Shown here one piece after another: positions 43,720 through 58,739 of a stretch of DNA of 64,000 nucleotides (its first letter is position 1; each line of letters starts with the position of its first letter). The stretch spans positions 1 to 64,000 of the forward strand of contig ADNK01001665.1 of assembly GCA_000320545.1 (NCBI GenBank), read 5' to 3'. This DNA comes from Bigelowiella natans CCMP2755. Lineage: Eukaryota > Protista > Cercozoa. The translations under genes were made by a program, and so were the position numbers. The notes below the pieces were generated by a model, which searched no databases, was not told the DNA's origin, and saw only the letters and a list, made by a program, of their open reading frames with translations.

Positions 43720-43862
43720 ATCAGTCGAATAAAAGTCCCTCGCAGCTGCTCCATCGTAAGCAAAAGAGCCTTCAAAGAGGAAAGGGGAGAACATTATTAT
43801 CTCTCGCAAGGGCTAAACAAGCAGCATGTAATTATTCTAGACATGACGACAACTGTGATTGA
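42445..43862 (+). CDS. Hypothetical low-complexity spliced protein
   Basis: Coding-like exon fragments (LSRYLKAKAKLEKATKMKQLL; ELQAMEKDAAEKLMLD); no domain recognised. Confidence 0.3.
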
Positions 43863-44663
43863 TCCTCCTTCCTCAAAGTGTTTGTTTCATCCGTGCAACG
43901 TAGGATAGAATGGTGAATGAATATTGTAATGTTACTAACCAACCTATTTTTGCTGATGTAGCTGCTTCTTTCGTCTGTTATTCGGCGTGATATTGTTGAT
44001 CTATTCCAGCGGCGAGAAGAAGGGGCGACGGCAATGGTGGCAGCAAAGATGCAAACGATTTCTTCTCAATGATAAATTATGATCATCAAGGCAGAAACAG
44101 GATAACCAGCACGAATGTCAGTTCAGGAAAATATTGCAGCTAATTTCTCACATAAATTTGACACAGAGCTATCATCATCATATAGAATATAATGATAGTT
44201 ATCCATTTACATGATTTCTACTATTATAGGGCAGCTTTGCAGGATTTGATGACAACGGTGAAGACGACATGACAACAGACCAGGATGAGGATCTTACATA
44301 GACAACGACGAAACGCCCTAGATCAAAGTGTAAACGACGAAATGCTTGTCGCTTGGTTGGCAACCAGGCGCATATGTATGCACCTTGCCTCATGCGTGGT
44401 CTGATAAGCGATACACAAACATGTACGATACATGTACCAAAATGATGGCCCGCGAAGTTTGTACGTACAAATCTAGAAGCTGGGGTCTATCCAGCAATGT
44501 GCACGTTTGCGCGTGCTCTGTGAGGGTGCTCTAGCTGAGCTCCTCATTGCAAATACACATGACACGCACACTCTGTAGATCTGCAATGCCTTGGTATATA
44601 CATCATATAAATATCATGATCATATTGCATGTCTATCATAATAGACACAGCAATATGGTACAT

Positions 44664-44699
<36 letters not shown>

Positions 44700-45142
44700 A
44701 TATACACATGTACATACACATATGCTGCACGCCTGTGACCAGACTACGCCTGCTGCTAAGAAACAGCAAATCGAGAAGTAGCTGCACTCTTTTGGTAAAT
44801 CATGTACTAGATGCAGGGCGGGCTGCTTGCTAGCTTGGCTGCTACAACATGCACATTCGAGAGCCCACCTTACAATTTGACGTGTGTAAAGCAATGGCAT
44901 GTATTCACAAAGCTACACTCACATGCAATGACAATAGACATGCTTGCGCGTCAACGCATGTGATCCTCAAGCTTCTTTTTGAGGCATGAAATGTCGTAGA
45001 GCAACAGCTTTTTCCCGTCCGCTGTTTGTTCATCCAAAACCTGCACAATGAAGAATACAATTGTTATTTCTACACACTAGATGTACAAGTTGTATCTCCC
45101 CCCTCCCTCCCGTGTGCCTACATAGAATTGGATCACTCACAA

Positions 45143-47122
45143 CTAAACACGTGCGCGCTGAGTAGCTAAAGGCTTTAGAGAACATGGGTGATGGTATGAC
45201 TTGCCAATCGTGGATATCACCAACATCATCATCGTCATTATAGTAATCATCATCAACGTCATGTCTGCATTGTCACCTCCAACGGATGAGAGAGGTTGAA
45301 GGGCGGGGCTCTCAGATTTATAGCGAAGTAATCTCCAGCCGTTATTTCGCCTGTATATCGGTGTTTTCGGGTACATCAGCTGTCACGAACGGATGGGAAA
45401 GTGAGTGAATCAAAATCACGTCTATCATTCTTACGGTTTCTTCCTTCATCGTAACTTCCAACCAGCCAATATCTGATAAATGGTTTTTCCATGTTATCAC
45501 TCATCATTCGAGCAAGTTCCATCTTCAAAAGCATTTGTAATGGTATCTTACCGTGACGAAGATGCAGCCACATTTCTTATTACCTGCCATATCTAGAGTA
45601 TATCGCCATTATCAGCGACAAAAGACGACGTTTGAATGATTGTAATGTGTTCGGTAGGAGCTCGCAAATATGAATAATACTTGTTTAGTCGGAAGATGCT
45701 GAAGACAGTCTCGCGTGAATATTAGATCATAGCCTGTTATTCATGAAATCACAGCATCATCATGAGAGAGTACATCGTGAGATATTCTATCACCGTAGCG
45801 CTACCATCAAGATCTTTCTGTGGTGAGCACAATGCAAGATTTCCGCAGTCAAACTGCCAGCTTGGGTGAGATTTGCGGTACCTACGGAATAAATGTTTCT
45901 TCATCAAACATTCTAGGGGGGAGGGGGAGATAAGAACGACGATTCTAATCTAATGAACAATTAAGTCTCTTATTCATCTATGCAACTAAGAGCTTTTCTT
46001 GAAGCGTGCAAGGATATTCTGAGAAGTACCCACAATCAATACTACAGACTATAGCTAACAATTATGAGTGGATGGATATGGTTAAACCATTCGTCGTTTG
46101 TGTCGTTAGTCGTAACCGTACTTAATTCTATTGGTCTCGATTACACTAGGAACAATATCCATCCCCTTGTACATGAACTAATCAGCAAGAAGAAGCAATC
46201 GTATCACCAGAGCACTATCGATAGCGCACGGTTGTTAAAGTGATAGTATGTGGTTCGGTGCAACAACGACAACTCTTTTTTTGGCGGAGAACCTCTGGCA
46301 TAAGTTTGCTCTGAATGTTCGCAATTAGAATCTCTGTCCACTTCATCCCTCCTGCAAGAACGAGTTGTTGTACGTGGATTTAGCAGCTGCTGCTGCTGCT
46401 GACTTCGTTGATGAACTGTACTATCATTACAACAATCTACCGCATGGCGCGTCCAGCATGCTTGTGATGTTCCTTTTGCGTATCAGCTCCAAAATGACCG
46501 CTCGGGTGTGCGTTGTGTAGGATGGTTCGGAACCTGTGGCGATGACGTAGAGAAGAGATGTATTATAAGCTATAATACGAGACAACGACGACAATGGACA
46601 GTCACAAACTATGGCAGAAATTAAATTCTCACCCAAACCAGATCCATGCCCTTCAAAGCCCCAGATTCGAGATCTGATTAGAGAGGTTTTGGTATGATCA
46701 AATGCGATGGTGACGATACAGCGGTGATATTTTATTTGCATTTCCTACTTGTAGATAGTCTCAAATGTACTCCTAGTATGTTCGTCCTCAAGTTTCTTCA
46801 CTGTAATATCGTCGTTTTGCGATTTATCACTCTGCATCACGCCATTTGGATTCAAGACCCCTCCCCTCAACAACACATGGGCGAGTCGTTTGCGATAATC
46901 ACCAGGGCTTGCCGGAGAGTAACACTGAGAATCGCTTCTTCTGCTGCAATTACTTTTTATGTTGACACAAGGGCTCCTAAGACTCCGAGAGAATACTGAA
47001 TATTCAAATGGCAAACTACTGCTACTTCTGCTACTGCTGCCACTGTCAAAGTAGTTTAGCAGCAGCAAAAGGAGGATAATGGCGATCAGCGTGCTGCGCC
47101 ACACAATGTGAAGCGTCTTCAT
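45143..47122 (-). CDS. Type II membrane class I SAM-dependent methyltransferase-like protein
   Basis: N-terminal signal anchor (TLIAIILLLLLLNYF), FETIYK, IWG..GHGSG, GSEPSYT...ELIRKRNITSMLDAPCG, RDCLQHL, YWLVGSY, GDYFAINLRAPPFNL. Confidence 0.6.
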
Positions 47123-47701
47123 GATCGCGACAACTAACTATTCCAATTGTTGGTCCTGAGCAATCTTCTTGTTCTTCGCTGATCAGCTATACCGCTATAC
47201 CGCAATGATCGCCATCATGCCATCATGCTGCATCCATCCATCCCCGGAACGTGTCCTGCCGTGCGCACAGCGTGGGAGTTCCCGTGCGTGCAGCTGTGTC
47301 GTACTGTGCTGAGGGGAATTATCATCGACGACAAGAATAGAGTCTCAATTTTGTAACTGCGACAACAAATCGTGCTCCTCCATCGCACTCGTTCTCTTTT
47401 TCTCTGCGGGATCTGCACGAATAATGCGACGGCGACGGGATGCGAAACGGCGAGAAGGATCGTAGTGATATGTTGTCGCAAGAGATAAAATTGCATTCAG
47501 AATCAAGAGAAAGTGCTGTCGCAGGTCATTAACGCCCTTGCTACTCTGCTGCCAAGCCTAGCCACAAGCATCTTCTCCTTCCAGTATCTCCTCCTCCTCC
47601 TCCCTACAACTACTACCACTGGGGTCATCCCTGCCTCCGTCGAAGGACGTTCCCTTCTTCCCAGTTACATCGCGTAGCAGCGAAGAAGTCTGGGTAGGAA
47701 T

Positions 47702-48537
47702 ATGACAGATCAATTAAATCGATCCATTGGGAATGGACTCGGCGCGTCGTCGAGATCCATGCCGATAACGACGTCTAGCGTACAGCGAGAACCAGGCAGT
47801 CGCAGTGCACGTGTTCATATTGATCTTAGTAGCAGTAGTAGTAGCGATAGTAGCAGTAGCAGCAGTAGCAGCAGTAGGATCTGTGGAAGTGATATTTCCC
47901 GGCATAGAAGTAGTAATCACGTAAGTAGTAGTAGTGCTGCCAAAGAAGCAAACGTAGCCATTGCCACGACAAGGAGAAGTATCAGCTTCGTTCCGGCTCA
48001 TATTGTACACGATTCGATCTTTGTCTATCTTGACCCCCAATCTCTCGCCAATACCTGTAACATTGTTTGTAAGGTGTGTATTACGGGAAAGGACAATGGG
48101 AGGGGAGAAAGAGATGGGGGGGGGGGGCGACGATGAGAAAGGCGTGGGTTGAAAGACTATTAAAAAATCAATTGTATTCCAATAAATGAAGAGGGAGTGG
48201 TGTTTGGTTTTCTCATCCCTATTGATCACCTACAACAAATGATATAAGCTGTCTTGTGGTGGTTCCGTAGTTGCTGCTTTGCTCATTCGATAACTGAATA
48301 AGTATTCTCATTTTTCTATTCCCTTTTGATTAGCGATGGCGGATAATGGCGTCAGGATGTCGCTTGTGGCATTGTCTTTGTAAACTTAGATGGAATATAC
48401 GGTATGGTGATGTTAGCATAGTGTAATAAGATGTACGCGGGCTGTTGTGTAGAATATGATGACCTCCATGTGAAACTCTCTCTGCTCCTCTCACAGATTA
48501 AATTGCCAACTCACTTTAAATACACGCGTTCGCGCCA

Positions 48538-48588
<51 letters not shown>

Positions 48589-48609
48589 GTGCGGGTGCGT
48601 GTTTTGTGT

Positions 48610-48652
<43 letters not shown>

Positions 48653-49648
48653 GCTTTCGTTCTCACTTAACTGCATGTTGCACATATAATAACTACCAGC
48701 ACTCCCATGTGCCGTGCGCGTGTCTACGGAAGTAACAAGTGGATTCAGGTAAGCATGAATTGCTGCGATAATACATCACAAGAGGAAGGGGGGAGGGGGA
48801 TCGGGCAGCACATGCATTGGTCCGAACTCCAATCTTATTTACACTGATACAACTGACGTTATAATCATCATCATTATCATCATCTATTCATCTCAGCAAG
48901 TACTATATGTGTATAAATTCAAGGTCTACAAGAGTCTTTCCCGTAGGATGAGGATGCCTCGGGGGAAATATACCGGTAATAATCAACAGTGTTGCTACTC
49001 GTTGCTGTGGAAAGTTGTAACAGCTCTCCTCCTTTTACCTCTCGATCTTGTTCCTGTTCTTTTTCTTCCTCTCTGGAATTTTTTATACGTAGTCGTAGTC
49101 GATGATGTTGATGATGATGATGGAATTGTGGCTGTAATTGTAATTGCCATCAGGGTCTCGATGTAGAGTCTTCGCAACAGGAAGGTATCAAGGAGTATTG
49201 TCATCGCCGTCGTGATTTTACATTATTCTTCTCTAATATCTGGCACCACCCCCCATTGGTTGTTCCGGTGCAATAGGAAGCAGCTCAACCAACGACAGCA
49301 ATTCATATTTCCTCGAGTCACTTATATCGTCATTAATTATTACCCCCACACCCCCCACAATCCTTTTGCCTTCCTCAGCTTCCTGACAGATAGACGTTCT
49401 TTCAATAGGCATGAGGGCGTCGATGTTTGGGTATCTGTTGTCCACAGGCCAGACTGCTCTTTGCGATCAACATCTTCGCAGGTGACAGGATAATCATCAC
49501 CAATGACGAGAGCTTCACGTACAATTCTCTCTCTCATATTACTAATAATACTACAATACTCGATGTCTGTCCTTCTGCTGCTGCTTTGCATAGATTCTCG
49601 CTCCGACTCTACAAGCAGAATGGCCAACGATACGTAATGAAGCATTAA
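47702..49648 (+). CDS. F-box-like protein (spliced)
   Basis: VPAHIVHDSIFVYLDPQSLANTCNIVCK resembles an F-box after a Ser-rich N-terminus; further exon fragments extend to 49648. Confidence 0.45.
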
Positions 49649-50238
49649 GGACTCTCTCTCTCTCTCTCTCTTTCACATACACACACATAAGCGTACATTT
49701 CACTTTTATTAATTGACGCCCATGGGGGAATATTCTGACTTTATATTACCTGATGCTCTACTGTTCAGGAATGAGAATTGCTATTCAAAACATAACAAAG
49801 CACACGGTTACTGAAACCTTAGATAGTAGCGATAGTATGTAGCAATGCACGGCTGCATGTCGCTGCTAAAGTATAAAGATATTGAACTAAACAGAGGGGA
49901 GAAAACGAAGAGAAGATAAGCATGATTATATTCACAGAGATCTGACAACGCACTGACCGTTTGACACGCAAGAGTGGAGATCCCCTTCCTCCCCTCCCCT
50001 CTCTCTCCCTGTCTCTTGGCCTTTAATTTAATCATTTGCCGACTTGATGCTATGCATGCAGGTGTTGCTATCAACACTTCCCCAGGATCTCAAACTATTC
50101 ATTCGAATGAAGAGTGGAATGATTGTGGTATCTACGATACAGATTAATGCAACGACTAAAACCAAATGATCCACAGCCATGATGATGATGATGGTGATGA
50201 TGATGATGATGATCTTGTGATCATGATAGTTTTAGATT

Positions 50239-50305
50239 TTGTTTGCGTGTTCAAAGCATTCATCCAGTGTAGTATCACTTAGAGCATTCTTCTTCATTTA
50301 CACGG

Positions 50306-50344
<39 letters not shown>

Positions 50345-50896
50345 GATATCAGAAACCAGTTTTGCACGAGCATCAGCAGCAGCAGCAGCAGCAGCAGCAT
50401 CTTCCAAATGAGAGGGGAAATTTTTCTCCTCCTCCTCTTCCTGGTAGCAGTGGTGCTGTTATCGTTCATGATGCTAGCGAACAAGGGCAGGAAGAGAAGA
50501 AGGCGAGTAGTAAAAGAAGGAGTAAAAGAGGCATGGATCATGATCTCCAACAGTATGTGAAAGAGGATGACACTATCTCGCCACGTGTGGTCGCTATAGA
50601 TGGCCGAAAAGTACAACGCTATGCAGGAGAGAAGGTAATAATAACCTATCCCATCAGACAACTACGAAGTCAATCTTATCATCATTACCACTGAGCACGT
50701 TCACCATTCTCATCATGTAACAAAGGTGTCGCTCGGTCCCCTCGCATTCGCTGTATTGGAGGCCAGTTTTCCTGCCGCTGTCAGGTATCCGTAGTCGTCG
50801 TAGTAGTAATCGCCGTCGTCTTGGTAGTAGTAAGTTGCTGTTGTTGTCATTGTTGTTTTTCTGGCAAGTGCCCTATATTTACTGGTGGATTTCATG

Positions 50897-50927
<31 letters not shown>

Positions 50928-51523
50928 ATGTATAATGTCCTCTGCTACTTCTGTGTTGTTTTGCAGGGGCGTTAGATTCGAACCGGAGTTTCTCGAGCAA
51001 TGTGACATGTACGCTACACATATGTGCATATACAACAACGACTCCCCATAGTTATTAGCTGTCCTGAGAAGAATCAAGGCAGCATATAATCATATCTCGT
51101 GATGATCCATATCTGATGATAGCTAGCACACCATGTACTACTACTACTACTAATACTAATACTGGTACAACCGACAGATCAGCATCGTTGATGTCTTCCC
51201 ACTCCGCATACTACACCTGATTGAGTGTCAAAATCATGTCTACTGCTATTAGGATGTGCCTCTGTGGTTATAAAGCTGCTGCCGCGGAAGGAGAAAGTGA
51301 TGATACGCAATTCAGTGGAGTCAACAAACATGGGCGTGGCACTGAAGAGGAAGATGTGGTTGTAAGCAGTCGTTGTGAACATGAGGAAGGGGGGAATAAG
51401 CATGCTGTGCAACTTCATTGCTACCAGAAACAGCATGGCAGTGGAAGAAATAGACAGCAGACAAAATGGCAACGTGTGACTCCGCGTATTAATTTCATCG
51501 ACGATGGGGAAATATGGTATTAG
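50239..51523 (+). CDS. Hypothetical type II membrane protein
   Basis: Poly-Leu anchor followed by coding-like exons; family not recognised. Confidence 0.3.
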
Positions 51524-53333
51524 CTAGCAGTTGCAAAAACAGCGGGATTTACTCCCACTAACCCCCCCTCATTACTAATCGCTACAATCAACTTAAAAAT
51601 GATAAACCATCATTGCTGAGTCTGCTTTTGAACAGGAAACATTACTCGAGTTTGCCTGGAGGCTACATGTACCTCAACGATTTAGACACAATTGCTCACA
51701 ATAACAGACAAGACAAAGGCTTTCTGTGAACCAAAAATTGTAAATGACAAAATCGTTGTGGATTTGTGGCCGCACATATCATCATGCGTCAGTTTGTACG
51801 TTGAGGTACGATGTGTTTGTGAACGATGACGTTTGAATGCGATGCCATGCATGCATGCAGTGCGCTTGCTGCTGGGTGACAACCACACCCCACATTTCAT
51901 TCCCCTGCCATCGGGGGTAGCAAAAATTGCGAAAATGTGCAACATGAAAATTTGCCTGTCAGCTCACACGCGGAATGCGAATTGCCTATGCCGCCCTGAA
52001 ATGCGATTCTGTGCCTCAAATGTAGGTGCAACTGGGCGAAACTGATTGCGCTGATCAATGTTGGAACCTGTTCTGCTTTTTTGGTGTCCATCGTGCACAG
52101 TTTTTTTTCGGCTTGTGCGCAGACTTTGTGCCCAAGCTAGCAAGTTGCAGGTCGCAGCAAGCCCATCTGCTGTGAAGCTGCTTCGCGCTCATTGCTAGGT
52201 TGATGGTAGTGCCACGCTAGCACGCATTTACACATCTGCATGAGTGCTCAGTTGTTCATCATCTTCAATGCGCGGCAGGCTTCCACATGCCAGTGTCTTT
52301 GATGGTGGACAAACTCTCGTCATCACGGTCGTCATCAACCAACGGCTTCTTTGTCGCCATGTCTACGATGTTGAGCCAACCAACTTTGGACGAACATGCG
52401 ACGACCGACGACGCAACCGTGTTGTTTTCTAGCTGCGACAAGCTATTTAATTAGACGTAGGTTTAAAACGGATTTCATTTCTATTAAAAAACAAACACAC
52501 GGATAAGATCTGTCCTCCGCCCCCTTCTAGTGCTGTCAGTTTAGCTAATCAGCGTGTCACAGCGTGAAGGGAGTTTGGCATGGGGAACTTCTTATGCAGG
52601 CGAATTGATGATGATGAGCTGATATCGGTGCCTTGACAATTCAATTACATCGAAAAGAATGATTCTGGACAGTGGCGATGTAGCATATTCGCGACGATCT
52701 TCTCATTGTGTCACCATACTCTCTCTCCGGATTTTGTTTTCATACCTCCACCTCTCACGTTTTTTTAATTCTCCTATGTTCGCAACAAACAGAAAGAGGT
52801 GAAGCTGCCGAATGCACAAGACAAACGTGGGAGGACTTCAGACCCGGAAACTCAAGGTGAAGGTGGTGTGCTGGTGTGGTATGTTGCGCAAGTGCTCCTA
52901 CTCTCCGCTTCCCCCTTTCTCTCCCCTGCTGGATTGCCTTTGGTTACCAATTGTAAGTTTCTTCTTCGTTGGCCAAAATACTAGGTGCATTGGCCATACA
53001 GGCTGCTATTAAGGCTGTCTTGTCAAAGAAGGTTACTCGAGATACGTGCGATCATCTTGCTATGTCAAGTTTCTACATCATGCTGCTGCTGCTGCTGTAA
53101 GGTTTCTGTACATATTCCGCAGCTATCATTTCAATAAAATGTGGCACCGCGCAGCTGTTACATCTGTTTGCTTTCGGATGCTGCAAAGATGCAGTTTACC
53201 ACAGCACTCCGTAGCCTTCATACAATACTTAATTGCAGGCGTGTGAAAAGATACACAAGAGGCGTACAAGACGAATGAACGCTGAAACAGAGGTCTCGCA
53301 CTTACCCTGTTTGGGAAATTCCAAAAAAAAGTC

Positions 53334-53380
<47 letters not shown>

Positions 53381-53448
53381 ATATTGTATCAGCTGTCGCA
53401 GAACGAAATAAGTGCTTAGTTTGTTTGAGCGTCGTTCATCTTTGACAG

Positions 53449-54144
53449 ATGTTGGAAAATGAGCGAAAGTATGTCGGGTACTTGAACATTCTGAGAGATG
53501 TTTACCAATATCCCATCGAGGTAGTGACGCAATGGCGAACGTGATGCAGATGCATTCACATCTGATTTGTGTAGATCTCTATCGTGTGTGTTACTTGCAG
53601 TAGCATTGTACGACGAAAACAAGGAGAAGAAGAACAAGAACAAGAACAACACTGCAACTCCCAACATTGCTATCAGCTAACTCACCATTGTTCAACCCTG
53701 CGTCTATTGATGACGACGATGGCGATGATGATGATGATGATAATGAGCGTGCACCCGTTCTAATTACAGGTCTTGGCAAAGAAAAGAAAGTGGAAATCGG
53801 TAGTAATCAAGTGAAATATAGGACGACTAAGGGCTGCTGCTTAATTGAGTATTAGAGAAACAGCAGCCGGAATTGATCGATGAGTGCGATGTTCCCTTAT
53901 GTCTACGATGGATTGATAGGAGAACTATACATTTGCAACTCTGCTGGAAGATGTAAAAGTATGCGTGTGTGTGTGTGCGTGTGTGTGCGTGTAGATGTAT
54001 GGCAACGACTGATAACGATGGCACTTCTATTTCAGAATGACATTTCTGGAATTTTTAGCTACTTGAAGCCTATACTTGACCTTCATCAGGAGACTATCTT
54101 ACCAGTTAGAATATCCTGATGACGACGATGATGATTCATGATTG

Positions 54145-54177
<33 letters not shown>

Positions 54178-54708
54178 CGATGACGATGATGATTATGATG
54201 ATGATGATGAGGATGATGATAACTGCATACTTTCACTTCCCTGATGAAGATGGTGGTTGTGGTGGTGGTGGTAGCTCGATGATTGCGTTGTTATTTCTAC
54301 TTTAACGGTGACATTTTTGCGTGGGAGTTTCTCTACGATTGTTCTTGAGCAGCTAGTAGCGCGACTATGTGCGTGTTCGTTCATCTTTGTGGATATTGTG
54401 ATATCATACTGTTTACCACACCATCACCAACCATATTGTTTGCTTGTGCTTGTGCTGCTGATCGAAGGAATTGGAGAAGTCATATGCAGAAGGCAAAGGA
54501 GTTGCAGCTCCGTTCAACAAGTAGTAACGGAATGAGGATGATGATGAGTTGATGAGTTGATGATAACAGAGGAATGTCTTCTATGAGTTTAGAGTCATAT
54601 GAGCTCCTCATCTTAATACGTCGTTTTATGAATAATTGAAGGTACGCGAAGTTCTTTGGAATATATGCACAGTATCTTCAGAACTACAATCATGCTTGCG
54701 ACATCTTG

Positions 54709-54743
<35 letters not shown>

Positions 54744-54910
54744 ACGTCTACAACATGAAGGAACGGATGGCTAAATCAATACATGCTCATGCCAGGCATC
54801 GATATAGGACCAAGCACAAGAGATTTCGCACACTCTTAGACACACAAAGAAACGATCCGGTATTCCCCCTCCCCCTCCCCCCCCCTCCCCCCCCTCCACA
54901 CACACGCACA

Positions 54911-54945
<35 letters not shown>

Positions 54946-55077
54946 GGAGAGAGAGAGAGAGAGGCATTAGTATAATTATTAAGTAAAATTGTTGATCGTA
55001 CACAGAACACAGGAAGGCGAAAGTTTCAAGATATAGTATCTTACATGATTATGCCTTGTCAGAGAATATCAAGGTAC

Positions 55078-55112
<35 letters not shown>

Positions 55113-55737
55113 TTCAACAGTAGCACCCTGCTGAATAAACAACGACATCTCAAAAAGCTACTGTCAAATAAGTAGAATCAATGTGATTTGACATAGATCT
55201 GAAATCTAAACCAATTAGCATATCATGTTTTTTTACTTACTCCTTCCCCTTCCCCTCCCCCTCCCCATTCTCCTCATCCTCCTCCTGCTACTACTACTGC
55301 TGCGACTACGTACGCAGATATCAGCTGCTGCTAATGGAGATTATGAAAAATAGTTTTGAGGAGGAAAATCCAATGTAAGAGCACATGTCCTTTCACACAA
55401 TCTTAATAGTTCCCCCCCCCCCCCCTTCCCTCTTCCCTATTTCCCTGATAATATCTCTCCCTCCCTAAGAGTCAAAGACCAACAATAACGATACCTTGTT
55501 CTTCTATATACTACAATTCAGACGGTATAAGGAGATTGAGTCAGCTCATAACGTTGTGCAGTCCGTGGCCATGAGCAATGAGCTGTATCAAAAGAATTCA
55601 GAGGATATCACTCGCCTCTTGCAGCTTCAAAACAAGATAAAAGGTGGTAGTAGGAGTAATGATAGTAATCATAGCAGTAGTTGTAGTAGCTGTAGTAATA
55701 AAATGTGTTTAGTATTTTACCCCTCCTCGTTCTTGTA

Positions 55738-55784
<47 letters not shown>

Positions 55785-57033
55785 ACCCACTGACTGGCTC
55801 TCCCTCTCTTAGCGCTGTCAATTACCGTTTTCGCTCCCACGAGACGTCTTGTAAAGGAGGGAGAGGCTGAGGTAGTGCCATCATCATTATCGTCATCATC
55901 ATTATAGTTGACAGCATCTGTCATATTCGCATTGTAAGCGCATATCGCCTCTCTTAATTTTCACACTTATTCATAAAAGAGTAGCAGTAGTAGTGGTGAT
56001 CAAGCACACTTTCTCCTCCTACAACTTCGTTCAATAAAACAATTATATATGATGAGGTATCATTGATAAATTTTTGCAGGTCGGTATAGCAGATCTGCTC
56101 AATCCGACAGAATCGCATCAATATTTCAGCGTAATTCAATGCAACAATTACAACAACAACCACTACTACAACGATGCTATGATGATAACATAAAACACAC
56201 TTTGATGAGCACTTAGAAGTGCTGTTAGGTAACAATAAAGAGTCACACAACCTACTACTACGATATATCAAGAATGTCCAAGAAAATACAAGTCATCACA
56301 CATAATACACAAACATCAACCCATTATTATATTCATGCTAGGAAAAGATGGAAACAACGAAGAAGATAACCCCGAGCAAGCTTTATGTGTTTAGTGATCT
56401 TATTCTATGGACGAATCTCAAGGTGAAGTCCAGTTTTATGAGCTTGGATGTTGCTATCAAGATGCCGTGAAAGCTGTCATCTCATCAACTTTGTTCTCTT
56501 GGCAAATAATGGGAACTACTAAGCTGTTATTAACATGTGTTCTCCCACTCGAGCGAGAAAAAAGTTATTATTACCATTTACTATTCTTCTGCATGTCTAT
56601 TCGTTGTGCGTATTCATTGTAAAACAGGATGAATATAGCGGCAGCGCTAGCTTGCTTGGAAGTCGATTAGAGGCTTGTGGAGAGAAAAAGGCCATAGGTG
56701 TATTATCTTTGAACAATGACTGCGTTTTAAATGTATTTATATATTTCGCAAACTAGCCAACATTGCCAATAACACCACATCATCATCATCATCACCATCA
56801 TCATTATCAAAATAATACTTGTCATCTTCATTTGTTATCACAGGTGAATCCTTCTACATGATCTTAAAGGATGCTGCGCTCGTAGGAAAGAAAAACAAGA
56901 GAAGGTAACATGTCAAACTGCATCTTTCTTTTCTCTCTTTCTCTTCCGACTGACTCCTCTATCTTTCCGTTCTGAAACATGCGTCGTTTGGATTCAGCTA
57001 TATGCACAAGTGCTGCTATGTCTCACCATCATC

Positions 57034-57067
<34 letters not shown>

Positions 57068-57170
57068 TCATTGTGGTTGTTGTTGGTTATGTAGAAAGGA
57101 CACCATGCTGCATGTGTCATTTGGAGGTAAGGTGGGAAGCAGTCAAAAAGGACGAACAACGGGTGAGTAA
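53449..57170 (+). CDS. DH-PH RhoGEF-like protein (spliced; may start near 52590)
   Basis: MLENERKYVGYLNILRDVYQYPI (DH first helix), IFSYLKPILDLHQ, YKEIESAHNVVQSVAMSNELYQKNSEDITRLLQLQNKI (DH end), KLYVFSDLILWT (PH-like). Confidence 0.6.
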
Positions 57171-58739
57171 ACACGAACACAGACACACGGCAGTTTTTAT
57201 CATTGCCCAAGTGTCAGCTCCGTCTCTCTAACTTGGAATGATGTCAATTACAGTGGACAAATGGGTGGGGGCCATTCGCGATGCAATTAGCAGCTGCAAC
57301 AAAGCAGAAGCTAGTCGGAAATTGAGGACAATGAGATAGACGATGAAGTTTGCTTTACAAAGTAGTTTAGCTACTATGTCATATAGTAACGTGGAGTAAC
57401 CTAGTGCGTATGTAATATGCGTTAATATGGGGATGGTGATGACGTGCATGACAGCAAGGATGCTGATGATGAGCCTGATGTTGCTAGCAATTTGAATGTT
57501 CTATTCGTAACACATGCTCTCAGCATTTAGTGCATAGAAAATATTGCCAAATTGAGGAACATGAAAATTTTTTCCAAATGTACTCATCAAACTTCTTCCC
57601 ATTAATATGGTAATCACCGGCGAATGTATGCCCCTACATGCCGAGCAGATCGATGCGATACCTATCGTATATCATTTGCTATATCATTTGCTGCATTTCC
57701 ATACATACGATACACACCATCGCGTGCTAGCATGACAAAAGAGCCAAGGCACTCAATGAATTCACAGCACTGGTTGTTACTGCGGCATTCGACCGATGGT
57801 GCTTCTCTTTATTCTGCTAGCTTTGTCCACCGATGCTTGCGTCATCATTTTTACTGGGACACCATGCATTTATCATGTGAGTATACTACGATACGTGGCC
57901 TTGCTGGAGATCTCCGTGCGGCTATACAATACTGCAAGAGAGTATTATTCATGCATTATTTAGATGCATTGCAGGCACAATGACATTGCATACTTAGAAA
58001 CGCCACAATGAATGACATGGATAGTGATAGTACGTACAGTTTAGGGAACGCATCGACTTTCTAGCTTTCTGAACGACAACTTTTTTGTTTTATTTGAGAT
58101 TACATGAATACGTGCACATAGAATGTGATGTACATCTATACACCATTGAAAAAATTTGATTCTTCATCACATCCGTCTCACATCTATACAACTGTGCTCT
58201 ATACTTATTTTGTTTGTGGACTTTTTAGTTACTGATCAATATCTGCCATATGATGATGTCTCTAGTAATTGTATTAGCTCTTCAGATTTCAACAAATCAA
58301 AAAGTTTAGATTATCGAGAGAATTGCTAAAATTTACATCTAAATTTGCTGAGAAGAAAATTGGAAGCATTATGCATAATCCAACATAAAGACCACGGTAT
58401 TTCCCTATGACCATCATTATAGAACAACTTCAATATCTATCATTACAGTGTTATCATCATCATCATAATCATCATCATCATTGTCGTTGCCATCACACTT
58501 TCGAGAAACTATATAATTTTTTCAAATTTACACTTAATGAACGTATAACACGTCGCAACCACTTGTTCTGAATAGCAGATGATTATGATCTATCTTTGAG
58601 GTTATTTCCCCTCTTCATTTGTTAAAGTCCTCTCTCTTCACCTCTCCAATGATAACATTTAGTCTGGTTATATTTACTCTTGACTCTTTTTCTTACTTAC
58701 TAAATACTAGCCTAGCTCAATTGTAATGAAGAAACATCT

